Shown here: in pieces, positions 30,149-40,026 of the stretch
Layout: each line of letters starts with the position of its first letter
How positions within the stretch are numbered: position 1 is the first letter of the stretch
Source of the DNA: Acidimicrobiia bacterium
GTDB taxonomy: Bacteria; Actinomycetota; Acidimicrobiia; Spongiisociales; ZC4RG35
NCBI GenBank assembly: GCA_041747375.1
Contig: JBGTFH010000076.1
Location: 32,671 to 96,670, forward strand
DNA length: 64,000 nt
Reading direction: 5' to 3'
Made by a program: the position numbers and the translations under genes
The notes under the pieces: model-generated
Seen by the model: only the letters and a program-made list of their open reading frames with translations
Told to the model about the DNA's origin: nothing
Database searches by the model: none

Positions 30149-30183
30149 GGTGCCACGGTAACGAGTGGGCTGCGGCTAGCTAA

Positions 30184-31476
30184 TTATTCGGCGACCCCAA
30201 TTGATATGTGGCCGCAATGGGTGCAGATGTTGCGAACGATTCCAATCCCGCCGGGGGCTGCCACGTACTCATGATCATGAACGTCACGATTACGAACGAA
30301 CGCAGAGCGAACTGCTCCCATGATCCCACCTCGCTCACCGGTCCCGGCCATCGCCGGTTCCAGAGCCATTTGGTCAGGGTCGTCAGGCGGGGTGGGCTCG
30401 ACCCGGGCAACAGCCCTCTCAGCCTGTTCAAAGGCACCGAGGTCGACCACATACCGGGGTGGTTCGGGAGCAGGTGGTGGGTCACGCTCAACCACGACTG
30501 GGGGCGCGGTCGGCTGAGGAGTCTCCGGCGGCCCGGCCGCAGCCGGCTCGAGCCAGGGGACCGACAGGTCGTCATCGTCCGGCAAAGTCTCTTCTCGAAC
30601 ATCGCGGTCTGGACCGGAATCGAGTATGGGTTCAGCGGCGGCAGTGTCCGCAAGGTTGGCCGATGCGGCGATTGGGAGTGCTCCCACCGTCGGTGCCGGC
30701 TCCGGTGCAATGGGTTCTGGTTCGACCTCGCCAGCCTCGCTCCCGACATGCTCCCCCTCTGCCTTTCCGGCCCAGGGGACGACGTCTTTGAAGACCGATT
30801 CCTGGTTCGATGGCCTGGGAACCTGAACCGGCTCGACCATCTCCTCGCCGGACATTCCTTCGGTCGGTTCCTCGTCGACTCCCCCTATTGGCGTTCTCGA
30901 CTCATCGACAGGAGGCTGCAGTGTCTCCCATTCGAGTGTCTCGATGGCCTCGAACTCAACGGTGGGTTCGGTCTCGACTGCGTCGCTCAGCACCGCTTCG
31001 CGTTCGACGGGAGAAGCTACAGGATCAGGGATCGGATCCGCGGGGACGAATGGCCTTTCGGACTGAGCGGGTGGGGAGGCGGCCGGTTTCGAGGTCGGGC
31101 TGGAGAGGGTCTCCTCAATCGCCGACCTCAGGTCTCCGATGCGGGAAGGCTTCGTCCCCTTGCGAGAGCGCGACGTAGCGACCATACGGCGTGGCATTGT
31201 CATGGTTTTGTAGCGCGCCCAAACCTTGGCCATCTCATCGACGCCGCCATAGGCAAAATTGATCGGATCGTCGGCGATGAAGGTCACCTCATCACCGTCG
31301 AGATCAAGTGAAAAGGCACTTGCGATCAAACGCTCGGCACGAACGTCGGCGAGCGACCACCTGCCCAGGCTCTCGCCCTCGACGAACAGCTCGGTCTGGG
31401 GATCTTCGATCAAAATGACTGCGGGCACGCCCGGAGAGTCAAGTTGAGGAATCTTGACCTGTCCTTTGAATTTCAC
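30184..31476 (-). CDS. hypothetical protein: folded N-domain, long acidic Pro/Glu-rich disordered region, Cys/His C-terminal knuckle
   Basis: 430 aa, with no family recognised by me. N-terminal approx 90 aa is ordered-looking. C-terminus is HDHEYVAAPGGIGIVRNICTHCGH. Confidence 0.6.
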   Translation of the reverse strand: MKFKGQVKIPQLDSPGVPAVILIEDPQTELFVEGESLGRWSLADVRAERLIASAFSLDLDGDEVTFIADDPINFAYGGVDEMAKVWARYKTMTMPRRMVATSRSRKGTKPSRIGDLRSAIEETLSSPTSKPAASPPAQSERPFVPADPIPDPVASPVEREAVLSDAVETEPTVEFEAIETLEWETLQPPVDESRTPIGGVDEEPTEGMSGEEMVEPVQVPRPSNQESVFKDVVPWAGKAEGEHVGSEAGEVEPEPIAPEPAPTVGALPIAASANLADTAAAEPILDSGPDRDVREETLPDDDDLSVPWLEPAAAGPPETPQPTAPPVVVERDPPPAPEPPRYVVDLGAFEQAERAVARVEPTPPDDPDQMALEPAMAGTGERGGIMGAVRSAFVRNRDVHDHEYVAAPGGIGIVRNICTHCGHISIGVAE

Positions 31477-31562
31477 TTACAGAACCCCGATTCAGCATGT
31501 ACCCCAAAGGCGCCTTTGCTCTTCATAACCTTCCCATTGTTCCAATCATTGTCAAGCGGAAT

Positions 31563-34385
31563 TCAAAGATAGGCATCCAGCGGTGGGCAGGAACAGACCA
31601 GGTTCCGGTCGCCTCCAACACCGTCTATCCGGCCCACGGGTGGCCAATATTTGTCGAGCCGCAGTTCGGGCATGGGGAATACGGCTGTCTCCCGGTCGTA
31701 GGGGTGGTTCCATTCCGAAGTCAGATCCACCGCTGTATGTGGCGCTGCCACCAGTGGATTGTCATCACGGGGCCACTCGCCGCTAGCGACCCGGTCGATC
31801 TCCCCACTTATAGCGATCATTGCGTCACAGAATCTGTCGAGTTCTTCCAGGGTTTCCGATTCAGTGGGTTCGACCATCAGCGTGCCGACAACAGGGAAAG
31901 ACAAGGTCGGGGCATGGAACCCGTAGTCGGCGAGCCGTTTGGCCACGTCTTCTGCGGAAACACCGGTTCGGCTGGTGGTTTGACGGATATCGAGGATGCA
32001 TTCATGGGCCACGCGACCGTTGGCACCGCTGTAGAGCACCGGGAAATAAGGGTCGAGACGGCGCGCTACGTAGTTTGCCGCCAGAATCGCGGTTTTGGTT
32101 GCCTGCCGTAGCCCATCGGCGCCCATGAGTCGCACATACGCATACGGAATCGGGAGAATTCCGGCCGATCCAAACGGGGCACCCGAGATCGGGCCGACAC
32201 CAGTCGAGGGACCGGCCTCGGCGAGAAGTGGGTGATTGGGGAGAAACGGCGCGAGATGCTCTTTTACACCAATCGGGCCGACTCCCGGCCCGCCCCCGCC
32301 ATGGGGGATGGTAAAAGTCTTATGGAGGTTGAGATGACTTACGTCCGCCCCAAATCCACCCGGCTTGGACAACCCGACGAGGGCGTTGAGGTTGGCCCCA
32401 TCGACATAGACCTGACCGCCGTGCGAATGGACGAGTTCACATAGTTGACGGATCCCGACCTCGAACACCCCGTGTGTCGATGGGTAGGTGACCATCACGC
32501 ACGCAAGTCGACCGGCGTGCTCCTCGCATCGTGCCTCGAGGTCGGAAAGATCGATGTTCCCATCGGTATCGGTCCTGACAACGACAACCTTCATCCCCGC
32601 CATTACCGCCGACGCCGCATTGGTCCCATGTGCCGATGCCGGAATCAGACAGACATCGCGGTCGCCCTCGCCTTGGGATTTGTGAAACGCACGGATGGCT
32701 AAGAGTCCGGCCAACTCTCCCTGCGAACCTGCATTGGGTTGTATCGATACCCGGTCATAACCGGTTGCCTCGGCCAGATAACCTTCGAGCTCACGAATCA
32801 GTGTGATATAGCCTTCTGCCTGGTCCACCGGAGCGTATGGATGGATGCCGGCGAACCCGTCCCAGGTGATGGGCACCATTTCGGTGGTGGCGTTCAACTT
32901 CATCGTGCATGACCCCAATGGAATCATGGTTCGGTCCAGGGCAAGGTCGCGATCCGCCAGTCGTCGCAGGTAGCGCAACATCGCGTGCTCGGAATGGTGC
33001 TTGCTGAAGACGGGGTGTGTCAGATAGGGAGTCTGCCGCATCAAGCCCACCGGAATACCTGACTCCGGCGTGTCGGGAGAACCGGCGACTCCGAAACCCC
33101 GCAAAATCGCCGCAACGGTCTCGTCAGTTGACTTTTCGTCAAATGCGACCCGAACGATTTGATCGCCAGCAGCAGCAACATTGAAGCCTTCCGCGAGAAC
33201 AGCCTGCCTGATCTCATCGGCGGTACCGTCGACCCTCACCGACACGGTGTCAAACCAGGTGTCGTTGGCTAAATCGAATCCGGAGGCCCGCAGTGAGCCA
33301 GCGAAAACGGACGCCAGTCGGTGTACCTCCGTTGCGATGCCTGCCAGCCCATCCGGACCGTGCCAACAGGCGTAAAGACCTGCCATCACGGCAAGAAGAA
33401 CCTGGGCGGTGCAGACGTTCGAGGTCGCCTTTTCCCGGCGAATGTGCTGTTCCCGGGTTTGCAGGGCCAGACGATAAGCCATCGCACCCCGGGCATCGGT
33501 GGAGACCCCGACCAGGCGGCCGGGAAGATTTCGCACCATCGATTCGCGCGAGGCGATAAAGCCGGCATGCGGCCCTCCGTAGCCAAGTGGCACTCCAAAG
33601 CGCTGGGCGCTACCAACAGCGATGTCAGCCCCCCACTCCCCTGGCGGGGAAAGTAGCGTCAATGCCAGTAGATCCGTCGCCACGGCAACGACGGCGCCAC
33701 CGGCCTTCATCCTTTCCACCAGTCCACTCTGGTCGGCGACACGGCCCGACGATCCCGGGTACTGGAGGAGAACTCCGAAAGCCGCCTCAGGATCGGACTC
33801 GTCAGACAGATGCTCGACTTGAACCCCGACGGCCGCGGCCCTGGTTCGAACAACCGCGATCGTCGACGGATGGCAGTCCGGGTCCAGGTAGAAGACTTCG
33901 CGATCTGTCCGGCCCACCCGCCGACACATAGCCATTGCTTCGGCGGCGGCGGTCGGCTCGTCCAAGAGCGAAGCGTTGGCCACCTCGAGTCCGGTGAGAT
34001 CGGTGACCACCGTTTGGAAGTTGAGCAGGGCCTCGAGGCGCCCCTGGGAGATTTCGGCCTGGTAGGGGGTATACGCGGTGTACCACGCTGGATTCTCCAG
34101 AACATTGCGCTGGATCACGGGTGGGACAATGGTGTCGTAATAGCCGAGTCCGATCAGCGACGGCACCACCTGATTGAGGTCGGCCAGGTCGCGAAGACGG
34201 CCCACCACTTCGATTTCACTGAGGGCGGTCGGGAGGTCGAGGATCTCATCCCGTATCGGTGCAGGAATCGTCTGGTCGATCAACTCATCGAGCGAGGAGA
34301 CTCCGACGGTAGCCATCATCTTGGCCACATCGTCGGAACCGAGACCGATATGGCGCTGTGCGAAGGTGTCGTTGGGGTTGGGCAT
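31563..34385 (-). CDS. gcvP: glycine dehydrogenase (decarboxylating), single-chain P protein
   Basis: 940 aa. PLP-lysine motif [19 protein letters not shown]. Preceded by a glycine riboswitch. Confidence 0.95.
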   Translation of the reverse strand: MPNPNDTFAQRHIGLGSDDVAKMMATVGVSSLDELIDQTIPAPIRDEILDLPTALSEIEVVGRLRDLADLNQVVPSLIGLGYYDTIVPPVIQRNVLENPAWYTAYTPYQAEISQGRLEALLNFQTVVTDLTGLEVANASLLDEPTAAAEAMAMCRRVGRTDREVFYLDPDCHPSTIAVVRTRAAAVGVQVEHLSDESDPEAAFGVLLQYPGSSGRVADQSGLVERMKAGGAVVAVATDLLALTLLSPPGEWGADIAVGSAQRFGVPLGYGGPHAGFIASRESMVRNLPGRLVGVSTDARGAMAYRLALQTREQHIRREKATSNVCTAQVLLAVMAGLYACWHGPDGLAGIATEVHRLASVFAGSLRASGFDLANDTWFDTVSVRVDGTADEIRQAVLAEGFNVAAAGDQIVRVAFDEKSTDETVAAILRGFGVAGSPDTPESGIPVGLMRQTPYLTHPVFSKHHSEHAMLRYLRRLADRDLALDRTMIPLGSCTMKLNATTEMVPITWDGFAGIHPYAPVDQAEGYITLIRELEGYLAEATGYDRVSIQPNAGSQGELAGLLAIRAFHKSQGEGDRDVCLIPASAHGTNAASAVMAGMKVVVVRTDTDGNIDLSDLEARCEEHAGRLACVMVTYPSTHGVFEVGIRQLCELVHSHGGQVYVDGANLNALVGLSKPGGFGADVSHLNLHKTFTIPHGGGGPGVGPIGVKEHLAPFLPNHPLLAEAGPSTGVGPISGAPFGSAGILPIPYAYVRLMGADGLRQATKTAILAANYVARRLDPYFPVLYSGANGRVAHECILDIRQTTSRTGVSAEDVAKRLADYGFHAPTLSFPVVGTLMVEPTESETLEELDRFCDAMIAISGEIDRVASGEWPRDDNPLVAAPHTAVDLTSEWNHPYDRETAVFPMPELRLDKYWPPVGRIDGVGGDRNLVCSCPPLDAYL

Positions 34386-34388
34386 TTA

Positions 34389-34530
34389 TGTCCTTTTCGG
34401 CTGCCCTCCCACTGTCAGTATCACCCTTCAGCGTTGCCTCGTCCGAGCGGTCCAAGCGCCTGAGAGATTGTGGAGGATTTGCCCCTTCGGCGTCCCATCT
34501 GGGACTCTCCCGTTCGGCTTCGTAAGCCGG
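34389..34530 (-). promoter_or_regulatory. glycine riboswitch in the gcvP leader
   Basis: Minus strand reads CGAACGGGAGAG-UCCCAGAUGGGA-CGCCGAAGGGGCAA-AUCCUCCAC-AAUCUCUCAGGCGCUUGGACCGCUCG (34516 to 34444), matching the conserved aptamer core. The 3' part (GCUGAAGGGUGA...GCCGAAAAGGAC) is degenerate and overlaps the SD. Confidence 0.85.
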
Positions 34531-34651
34531 GCCATCTTATCGAATCGAACTGGTAAGTGACAAGGATCCTCGAGAGAGGGACGACGACCGGGGGCGACCG
34601 GGCTTTACCGTGTTTGATCTACCAGAAATATGGTGGACACGGAAGTCACTT

Positions 34652-35734
34652 CTAGACGTTGAACCGGAACTCGACCACATCGTCCGGACGCATCACATAC
34701 GCCTTGCCCTCGGTCCTGACCCGCCCCTGGGATCGGGCCGCAACCCAGGAACCGGCTCCGACGAGATCGTCATAGTCGACGACCTCGGCTGCGATGAAAC
34801 CCCGCTGAAAGTCGGTGTGGATGACGCCTGCCGCTTCGGGGGCTGTGGAGCCGGAGACAATGGTCCACGCTCTGACCTCCTTCTCACCACCGGTGAGGTA
34901 GCTCTGCAGGCCGAGCGTCTCGTAAGCAGCCCGGATGACCGAGTTGAGACCCGGTTCATTCTGTCCGACAGATGCCAGGAGTTCTGCCCTCTCGTCGGAA
35001 TCGATCTCGGTCAACTCCACCTCGATCTGGGCATCAAGGAACAAAGCCGTGGCAGGTGACACCAACCCTGCAAGCTGGGACTTTGCCGCTTCGTCCCCGA
35101 GGGTGGCTTCGTCCGAGTTGAAAACGTAGATGACGGGTTTGGCAGTGAGCAGGTGGAGGTCGGAGAAGTGGTCCACCTTCGCCATGAGGTCGGCACGGGA
35201 GGAAATCACTTCACCAGCCCCGACAGCCTGGTGGACCTGGCGCAGAGTCTCCAGACGTGGACCGAGCGTCTTATCGAGCTTGGCCTCTTTCTCCAGCTTG
35301 GGCAATCGCTTCTCAATGGTTTGCAGATCGGCGATCGCAAGTTCAGCCTCGATGGTCGCGATGTCAGATCGGGGATCGGCATCGCCGGCGACATGGACGA
35401 CATTTTCCGACCGGAATGCGCGAACAACATGGCAGATGGCATTGACGTCGCGGATGTTGGACAGGAACTGATTGCCAAGGCCCTCACCGTCACTGGCGCC
35501 CTTTACCAATCCGGCGATGTCCACAAAGGTAACCGTGGCCGGGACGATCTTTCGTGTTGAGAAGAGCTCACCGAGAACCGGTAACCGGAGGTCCGGGATC
35601 GGCACCACGCCTGTATTGGGTTCGATCGTCGCAAATGGATAGTTGGCGGCCAGCACCCCGGCGTTGGTTAGAGCGTTGAACAATGTTGATTTGCCAACAT
35701 TCGGGAGTCCGACGATGCCTATTGAGAGGCTCAT
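34652..35734 (-). CDS. ychF: ribosome-binding ATPase YchF
   Basis: GIVGLPNVGKSTLFNALT, plus a C-terminal TGS-like region ending GKAYVMRPDDVVEFRFNV. Confidence 0.93.
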   Translation of the reverse strand: MSLSIGIVGLPNVGKSTLFNALTNAGVLAANYPFATIEPNTGVVPIPDLRLPVLGELFSTRKIVPATVTFVDIAGLVKGASDGEGLGNQFLSNIRDVNAICHVVRAFRSENVVHVAGDADPRSDIATIEAELAIADLQTIEKRLPKLEKEAKLDKTLGPRLETLRQVHQAVGAGEVISSRADLMAKVDHFSDLHLLTAKPVIYVFNSDEATLGDEAAKSQLAGLVSPATALFLDAQIEVELTEIDSDERAELLASVGQNEPGLNSVIRAAYETLGLQSYLTGGEKEVRAWTIVSGSTAPEAAGVIHTDFQRGFIAAEVVDYDDLVGAGSWVAARSQGRVRTEGKAYVMRPDDVVEFRFNV

Positions 35735-35784
35735 CAGCGACGAAGGTTAGAGACTCTGCAAACGTAGGCACTAGCGTGCCGCCA

Positions 35785-36783
35785 ATGGAAAGGATCGCCG
35801 TAATCGGGGCCGGATCGTGGGGTACTACCGCAGCATGGCTGGCCTCCGCCAACACTGAAGTGTCCCTGTGGGCTCGTCGACCTGAACTTGTCGGGGAGAT
35901 CAATTCAACGAGGCAAAATCCTCGCTACCTCCCCGACTGCGAACTACCGGACAATCTGACAGCCACCGATGACCTCGCGGCCGCCGTCGACGGGGTCGAT
36001 ATGGTTGCCATAGCTGTCCCTTCCCATGGATTCAGAGACGTCTTCTCCAGAGTCGCCGACCGGATTTCCCCGCAAACGCCCGTGGTCTCGCTGACAAAGG
36101 GGATCGAGCAATCCACCCTTGCGCGAATGTCCGAAGTGGTGATGCAGACTGCGCCGGGTCGGAACCCCGAACGGGTCGGAGTCCTCACCGGCCCGAATCT
36201 GGCCCGGGAGATCGCCGCCCAACAGCCAACTGCCGCGGTGATCGCGATGGGAGACGTCGCGGCCGCACGCGATATTCAGACTTGTTTTATGTCGCCGTTG
36301 TTCCGCGTCTACACCAACGATGATGTCGTGGGATGCGAACTGGGTGGTGCATTGAAGAATGTCATGGCCATCGCCGCGGGAATGTCAGATGGGCTCGGGT
36401 TTGGTGACAACACCCGGGCCACGTTGATTACCCGGGCACTTGCCGAGGTCACACGTCTTGGCACCAGCCTCGGCGGAAGACCCGCGACGTTCGCCGGCCT
36501 CGCCGGCATGGGAGACCTGATTGCTACCTGTGTCAGCACTAAGAGCCGCAATCACCAGGTGGGATCGGAGCTCGCCCAGGGCAGAACGCTGGAGGAAATA
36601 CAAAATGAAATGCAGATGGTCGCCGAAGGTGTCAAAACCACGCGGGCCGTTCTCGACCTCGCCGCCAAACAGGGGGTCGATGTTCCGATTGCCGAGCACG
36701 TCGGGAAGGTGCTCTACCACGGAATGGACCCACACCGGGGAATGCTCAGTCTGATGACCCGTGAAGCAAAATCGGAGGACTGA
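35785..36783 (+). CDS. gpsA: NAD(P)H-dependent glycerol-3-phosphate dehydrogenase
   Basis: Internal ATG at 35785 (MERIAVIGAGSWGTTAA). GALKNVMAIAAG motif. Confidence 0.9.
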   Translation: MERIAVIGAGSWGTTAAWLASANTEVSLWARRPELVGEINSTRQNPRYLPDCELPDNLTATDDLAAAVDGVDMVAIAVPSHGFRDVFSRVADRISPQTPVVSLTKGIEQSTLARMSEVVMQTAPGRNPERVGVLTGPNLAREIAAQQPTAAVIAMGDVAAARDIQTCFMSPLFRVYTNDDVVGCELGGALKNVMAIAAGMSDGLGFGDNTRATLITRALAEVTRLGTSLGGRPATFAGLAGMGDLIATCVSTKSRNHQVGSELAQGRTLEEIQNEMQMVAEGVKTTRAVLDLAAKQGVDVPIAEHVGKVLYHGMDPHRGMLSLMTREAKSED

Positions 36784-37418
36784 TGGCGACAGACAAGACA
36801 GCACTGCGACGTCTCCCCGAGCGGAGTGTTTCGGACCGGGAAATGATCCACCGGATCCTCGACGAGGGTCTGCTGTGTCATGTCGCCTATCTAACCGAAG
36901 GACGTCCCGTGGTGATCCCGACGCTATACGCCCGCGACGGGGAGTCGATTCTCCTGCATGGATCACCTTCATCGGGCATCGTTCGGGCGGTCCGCAACAA
37001 ATCGCCGCTGAGTGTTGCGATTACCCACGTGGACGGGTTGGTCGTAGCCCGGAGTGCTTTCGAGTCGTCAGCCAACTATCGAAGTGTGGTCATTCATGGT
37101 TACGGCGAGCTACTCAAAGGCGGGGCCCATGCCGAGGCACTCAACAAGGTGACAGACCGCCTCATACCCGGGCGACGCGGTGACATCCGACCCAACCATG
37201 AGATCGAAGTCCGCCAAACGGCGGTGGTCGCACTCCCGCTCGATGAAGTCTCCACCAAAGTGAGAACCGGACCGCCCGACGACGACCCGGCAGACCTGGA
37301 AAGCCCGGTATGGGCCGGCGTGATCCCGGTCCATCAGGAATACGGCCGCCCCGAACCTGCTCCCAACCTCGGGCCCGGAATCGACCTCCCGGATTATTTG
37401 AATCCGTACGCGCGTTGA
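36783..37418 (+). CDS. pyridoxamine 5'-phosphate oxidase-family FMN-binding protein
   Basis: 211 aa. The pattern REMIHRILDEGLLCHVAYLTEGRPVVIPTLY...ILLHGS is typical of the PNPOx-like split barrel. TGATG overlap with gpsA. Confidence 0.65.
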   Translation: MATDKTALRRLPERSVSDREMIHRILDEGLLCHVAYLTEGRPVVIPTLYARDGESILLHGSPSSGIVRAVRNKSPLSVAITHVDGLVVARSAFESSANYRSVVIHGYGELLKGGAHAEALNKVTDRLIPGRRGDIRPNHEIEVRQTAVVALPLDEVSTKVRTGPPDDDPADLESPVWAGVIPVHQEYGRPEPAPNLGPGIDLPDYLNPYAR

Positions 37419-37495
37419 TTCCTTGGTGATTCCGCCGTCCGCCAACCAGGCAAACATTTCCTGCAACCGATTTCCGATCTCGGGGTTCAACGGGC

Positions 37496-38398
37496 ATGAC
37501 AAATAGCGTCCTGACCACGAGTGTCGGCGCCAACCGCGAGGCGTTCAGCCCCAAAGATTGGGCGCTGTTCGTCTCCCTGAGCGGCATTTGGGGGAGTTCG
37601 TTCCTTCTCATGGCGATTGGACTGGACAATTTTCACCCCGGTCTGGTCACGTTGCTCCGGGTCGGTTTCGGCGCAAGCTTCATGTTCGCCCTCCCGAAGG
37701 CGAAGAGCATCCGAATTCCTCGAGAGGATTGGCCGAGAATCGTTACAACGAGTATCGCCTGGATTGTTATCCCGTTCACACTTTTTCCGATTGCCCAACA
37801 ATGGATTGCCTCGGGCGTGGCCGGAATGCTCAACGGGGCCACTCCCATCTTCACGGCAATTGTTGCGTCCATCATGTTGAGACAGCTACCGGGGCGACGA
37901 CAGATGATCGGACTGGTCATCGGTTTCGTCGGGATGGTCGCTATCGCTCTGCCCTCTGCAGACAGCGGAACCACGGCCGCGATAGGAGTGGTATTGGTCC
38001 TGATAGCCACGATGGGCTACGCTCTCGCAACCAACATCGTGGCCCCCCTCCTGCAAAAGTACGGACCGATTCCGGTGGTGGCCCGGGTCCAGTGGGTTGC
38101 CACGCTGGGTGTCCTACCTTTCGGGCTATGGGGCGCCACACAATCGACATTTGCGATCTCGTCGCTACTTGCCATGCTCGCCGTTGGCGTGCTCGGGACC
38201 GGCCTCGCATTTGTCCTCATGGGAGACCTCATCGGAAGTGTCGGCCCCACCAGGGCGACCTTCATCACGTACATGATTCCGGTAGTCGCGCTGATTCTCG
38301 GCGTCGTGTTCAGATCGGAGCAGATTTCGCCAATTGCCGTGGTCGGAGTTGCCCTGGTGATCGTCGGGGCATTCCTCGCATCGCGGCGTGAGATCTAG
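37496..38398 (+). CDS. DMT-superfamily (EamA) transporter
   Basis: 300 aa, approx 10 TM helices, with the two-EamA-repeat architecture. Confidence 0.75.
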   Translation: MTNSVLTTSVGANREAFSPKDWALFVSLSGIWGSSFLLMAIGLDNFHPGLVTLLRVGFGASFMFALPKAKSIRIPREDWPRIVTTSIAWIVIPFTLFPIAQQWIASGVAGMLNGATPIFTAIVASIMLRQLPGRRQMIGLVIGFVGMVAIALPSADSGTTAAIGVVLVLIATMGYALATNIVAPLLQKYGPIPVVARVQWVATLGVLPFGLWGATQSTFAISSLLAMLAVGVLGTGLAFVLMGDLIGSVGPTRATFITYMIPVVALILGVVFRSEQISPIAVVGVALVIVGAFLASRREI

Positions 38399-38430
38399 TC
38401 TCTAGTTCCCTGAACACCCCGGGAACCGGA

Positions 38431-38826
38431 ATGCGCATACCAGAATCGAGAATTCGTGTCGTCCTCGCCCTGATCACACCACCTCTGCTGATCGGAATGG
38501 CTCTCCTGACGCTGGCCGTTGAGTCACCCCTCGCGGTCCCGATTGTGTTTGGTGGCTTGGGGACAGTCCTCGCCGTCATCGTCCTCTTTGATTTCCCACT
38601 CGCCATCGCTACCGACGAAGCCGGCCTCACCAGGGTTTGCCTGGTGAGACACCAACTCGTCCCGTACGGCGAGATCGGCGTGATCATCAAGCCCCGCCGA
38701 AGGGGCCTCCTCTTGATCAGAACAAACCGCAAAAGGGCTGTCCTTATCGACCGCATTCTGGAGGCCGACGAACGAAAACATCTGATCGACCTCGGGGAAA
38801 CACACGGATTCCAGGTGGAGTTGTAA
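38431..38826 (+). CDS. small membrane protein with possible bacterial PH-like C-domain
   Basis: 131 aa. Two N-terminal TM helices followed by a basic beta-rich region (GVIIKPRRRGLLLIRTNRKRAVLI). Family assignment is tentative. Confidence 0.4.
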   Translation: MRIPESRIRVVLALITPPLLIGMALLTLAVESPLAVPIVFGGLGTVLAVIVLFDFPLAIATDEAGLTRVCLVRHQLVPYGEIGVIIKPRRRGLLLIRTNRKRAVLIDRILEADERKHLIDLGETHGFQVEL

Positions 38827-38903
38827 GGGACCAGTCGCGACCGATTGTCGGCCGGGCGTAAACAATCTGACATGCAGTCGCGTGCGCCGGGCATAATGGG
38901 TTT

Positions 38904-39503
38904 GTGGTGGACCAATCTGACGCGGAACTTTTGGTCGCATCGTCTGCGGGATCTGCGGAGGCCTACTCCGTGTTCTTCCGGAGACATGTCGATCCGATAA
39001 CCCGCTACGCCGTTAGAAGGTGTTCAAGCCCTGACGATGTGGCAGACCTGGTCGGCGAATGTTTTCTCGTCGCTCTTCAGGCCGCACATAGATATGTACC
39101 AGAAACAGATACCGCACTTCCCTGGCTCTTCGGAATCGCCAGGCGCCTGCTCGCAAAGCAGCGAAGAAAATACGTCGGCAACAAGCGACTCGAGATCAAA
39201 GTCTCCAACTCTTTCCCGGTTTTCACCGCGGCCGAGGACGACGCAGTCGCCTCCGCCATCGACGCCGCCAGCCAGGCACCGATTCTCGAGGAGGCCCTGG
39301 GCCGGCTCACCCGCTCGGAACGCGAGGTCCTGGAAATGGTCGCTTACGACGGCCTCAGCCCCTCCGAAGCCGCTGAAGCCCTCGACATCAGCCCTAATGC
39401 GGCACGACTCCGACTATCCCGAGCCCGTCGGTCGGTTAGAACTCACATTGACGCAACTCTTCCGGTGGGCGCTGCCCAGGAGGCGGCCGAGTATGCACTC
39501 TGA
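38904..39503 (+). CDS. ECF-type RNA polymerase sigma factor
   Basis: 199 aa. Region 2 (FFRRHVDPITRYAVRRC...DLVGECF) and region 4 HTH (LTRSEREVLEMVAYDGLSPSEAAEALDISPNAARLRLSRAR). GTG start. Confidence 0.88.
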   Translation: MVDQSDAELLVASSAGSAEAYSVFFRRHVDPITRYAVRRCSSPDDVADLVGECFLVALQAAHRYVPETDTALPWLFGIARRLLAKQRRKYVGNKRLEIKVSNSFPVFTAAEDDAVASAIDAASQAPILEEALGRLTRSEREVLEMVAYDGLSPSEAAEALDISPNAARLRLSRARRSVRTHIDATLPVGAAQEAAEYAL

Positions 39504-39888
39504 AATGCGTATTCCCGAAGTCCCATCGATGGAGCACTTCAAGTCGACGCTCGACGCCCGACTCCGGATCGAGGTAGCCCGGCAAAAACGGGCGATCTTC
39601 CCGTCAGCCGTGAAGGGTCTCGTCCACCATCTGAGATCGTTGATCAAACCGCTCCTGCAATCGGGGGCGATGGCGATGACAGCCATCGTGGTGATAATCG
39701 CCATAAGCGCAACGCCGGCAGCCACAACCGGCGACAATGAGATTCCCCGGGCGGCACCCCTGGCCGCGCCGGACGTGCGCACACTGGTGGACAGCGACTC
39801 CACGTTCCGGGACTTCTTACCGGCAGACGACGTACTCGCTGTTCAGAAACCCGACAATTCTGACATTGCCTCCCCCGGGATGGAATAA
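39493..39888 (+). CDS. putative single-pass anti-sigma factor
   Basis: ATG at 39493 overlaps the sigma stop by 11 nt. 131 aa with a central TM helix (GAMAMTAIVVIIAISA). Assignment is positional only. Confidence 0.45.
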   Translation: MHSEMRIPEVPSMEHFKSTLDARLRIEVARQKRAIFPSAVKGLVHHLRSLIKPLLQSGAMAMTAIVVIIAISATPAATTGDNEIPRAAPLAAPDVRTLVDSDSTFRDFLPADDVLAVQKPDNSDIASPGME

Positions 39889-39993
39889 ACCCCCGAAATC
39901 GCATTCCTCCCTGAATGCTTTCAAGAGTCGGCGTCATGGTTAGCCCAACCGTCGACAGGCCGCGGTCTTATCCGTGGTCCTCCACACCGCAGT

Positions 39994-40017
39994 CGGGGGG
40001 TGTAATCCCACCCCCCG
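39994..40017. terminator. bidirectional stem-loop between convergent genes
   Basis: CGGGGGGTG-taatcc-CACCCCCCG, a perfect 9-bp GC-rich stem between the anti-sigma stop (39888) and the nurA-like stop (40027). Confidence 0.6.
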
Positions 40018-40026
40018 ATTGCATCT

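Noticed and set aside
30208-31311. 367-aa plus-strand ORF mirroring the orphan protein
   Set aside because: It is Arg/Gly-rich with no ordered-looking domain. The minus-strand frame has plausible folded termini and fits the operon spacing. This is flagged in findings as something to verify by codon usage.
31505-31518. 14-bp palindrome CAAAGGCGCCTTTG between gcvP and the orphan gene, as a possible terminator
   Set aside because: The stem is at most 5 bp with a GCGC loop and there is no U-tract. It is too weak to call and could be a protein-binding site, but there is no supporting evidence.
34389-34443. A full second glycine aptamer
   Set aside because: Only partial resemblance (GCUGAAGGGUGA, GCCGAAAAGGAC) and no GGAGAG 5' element. 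I report it as degenerate rather than calling a tandem riboswitch.
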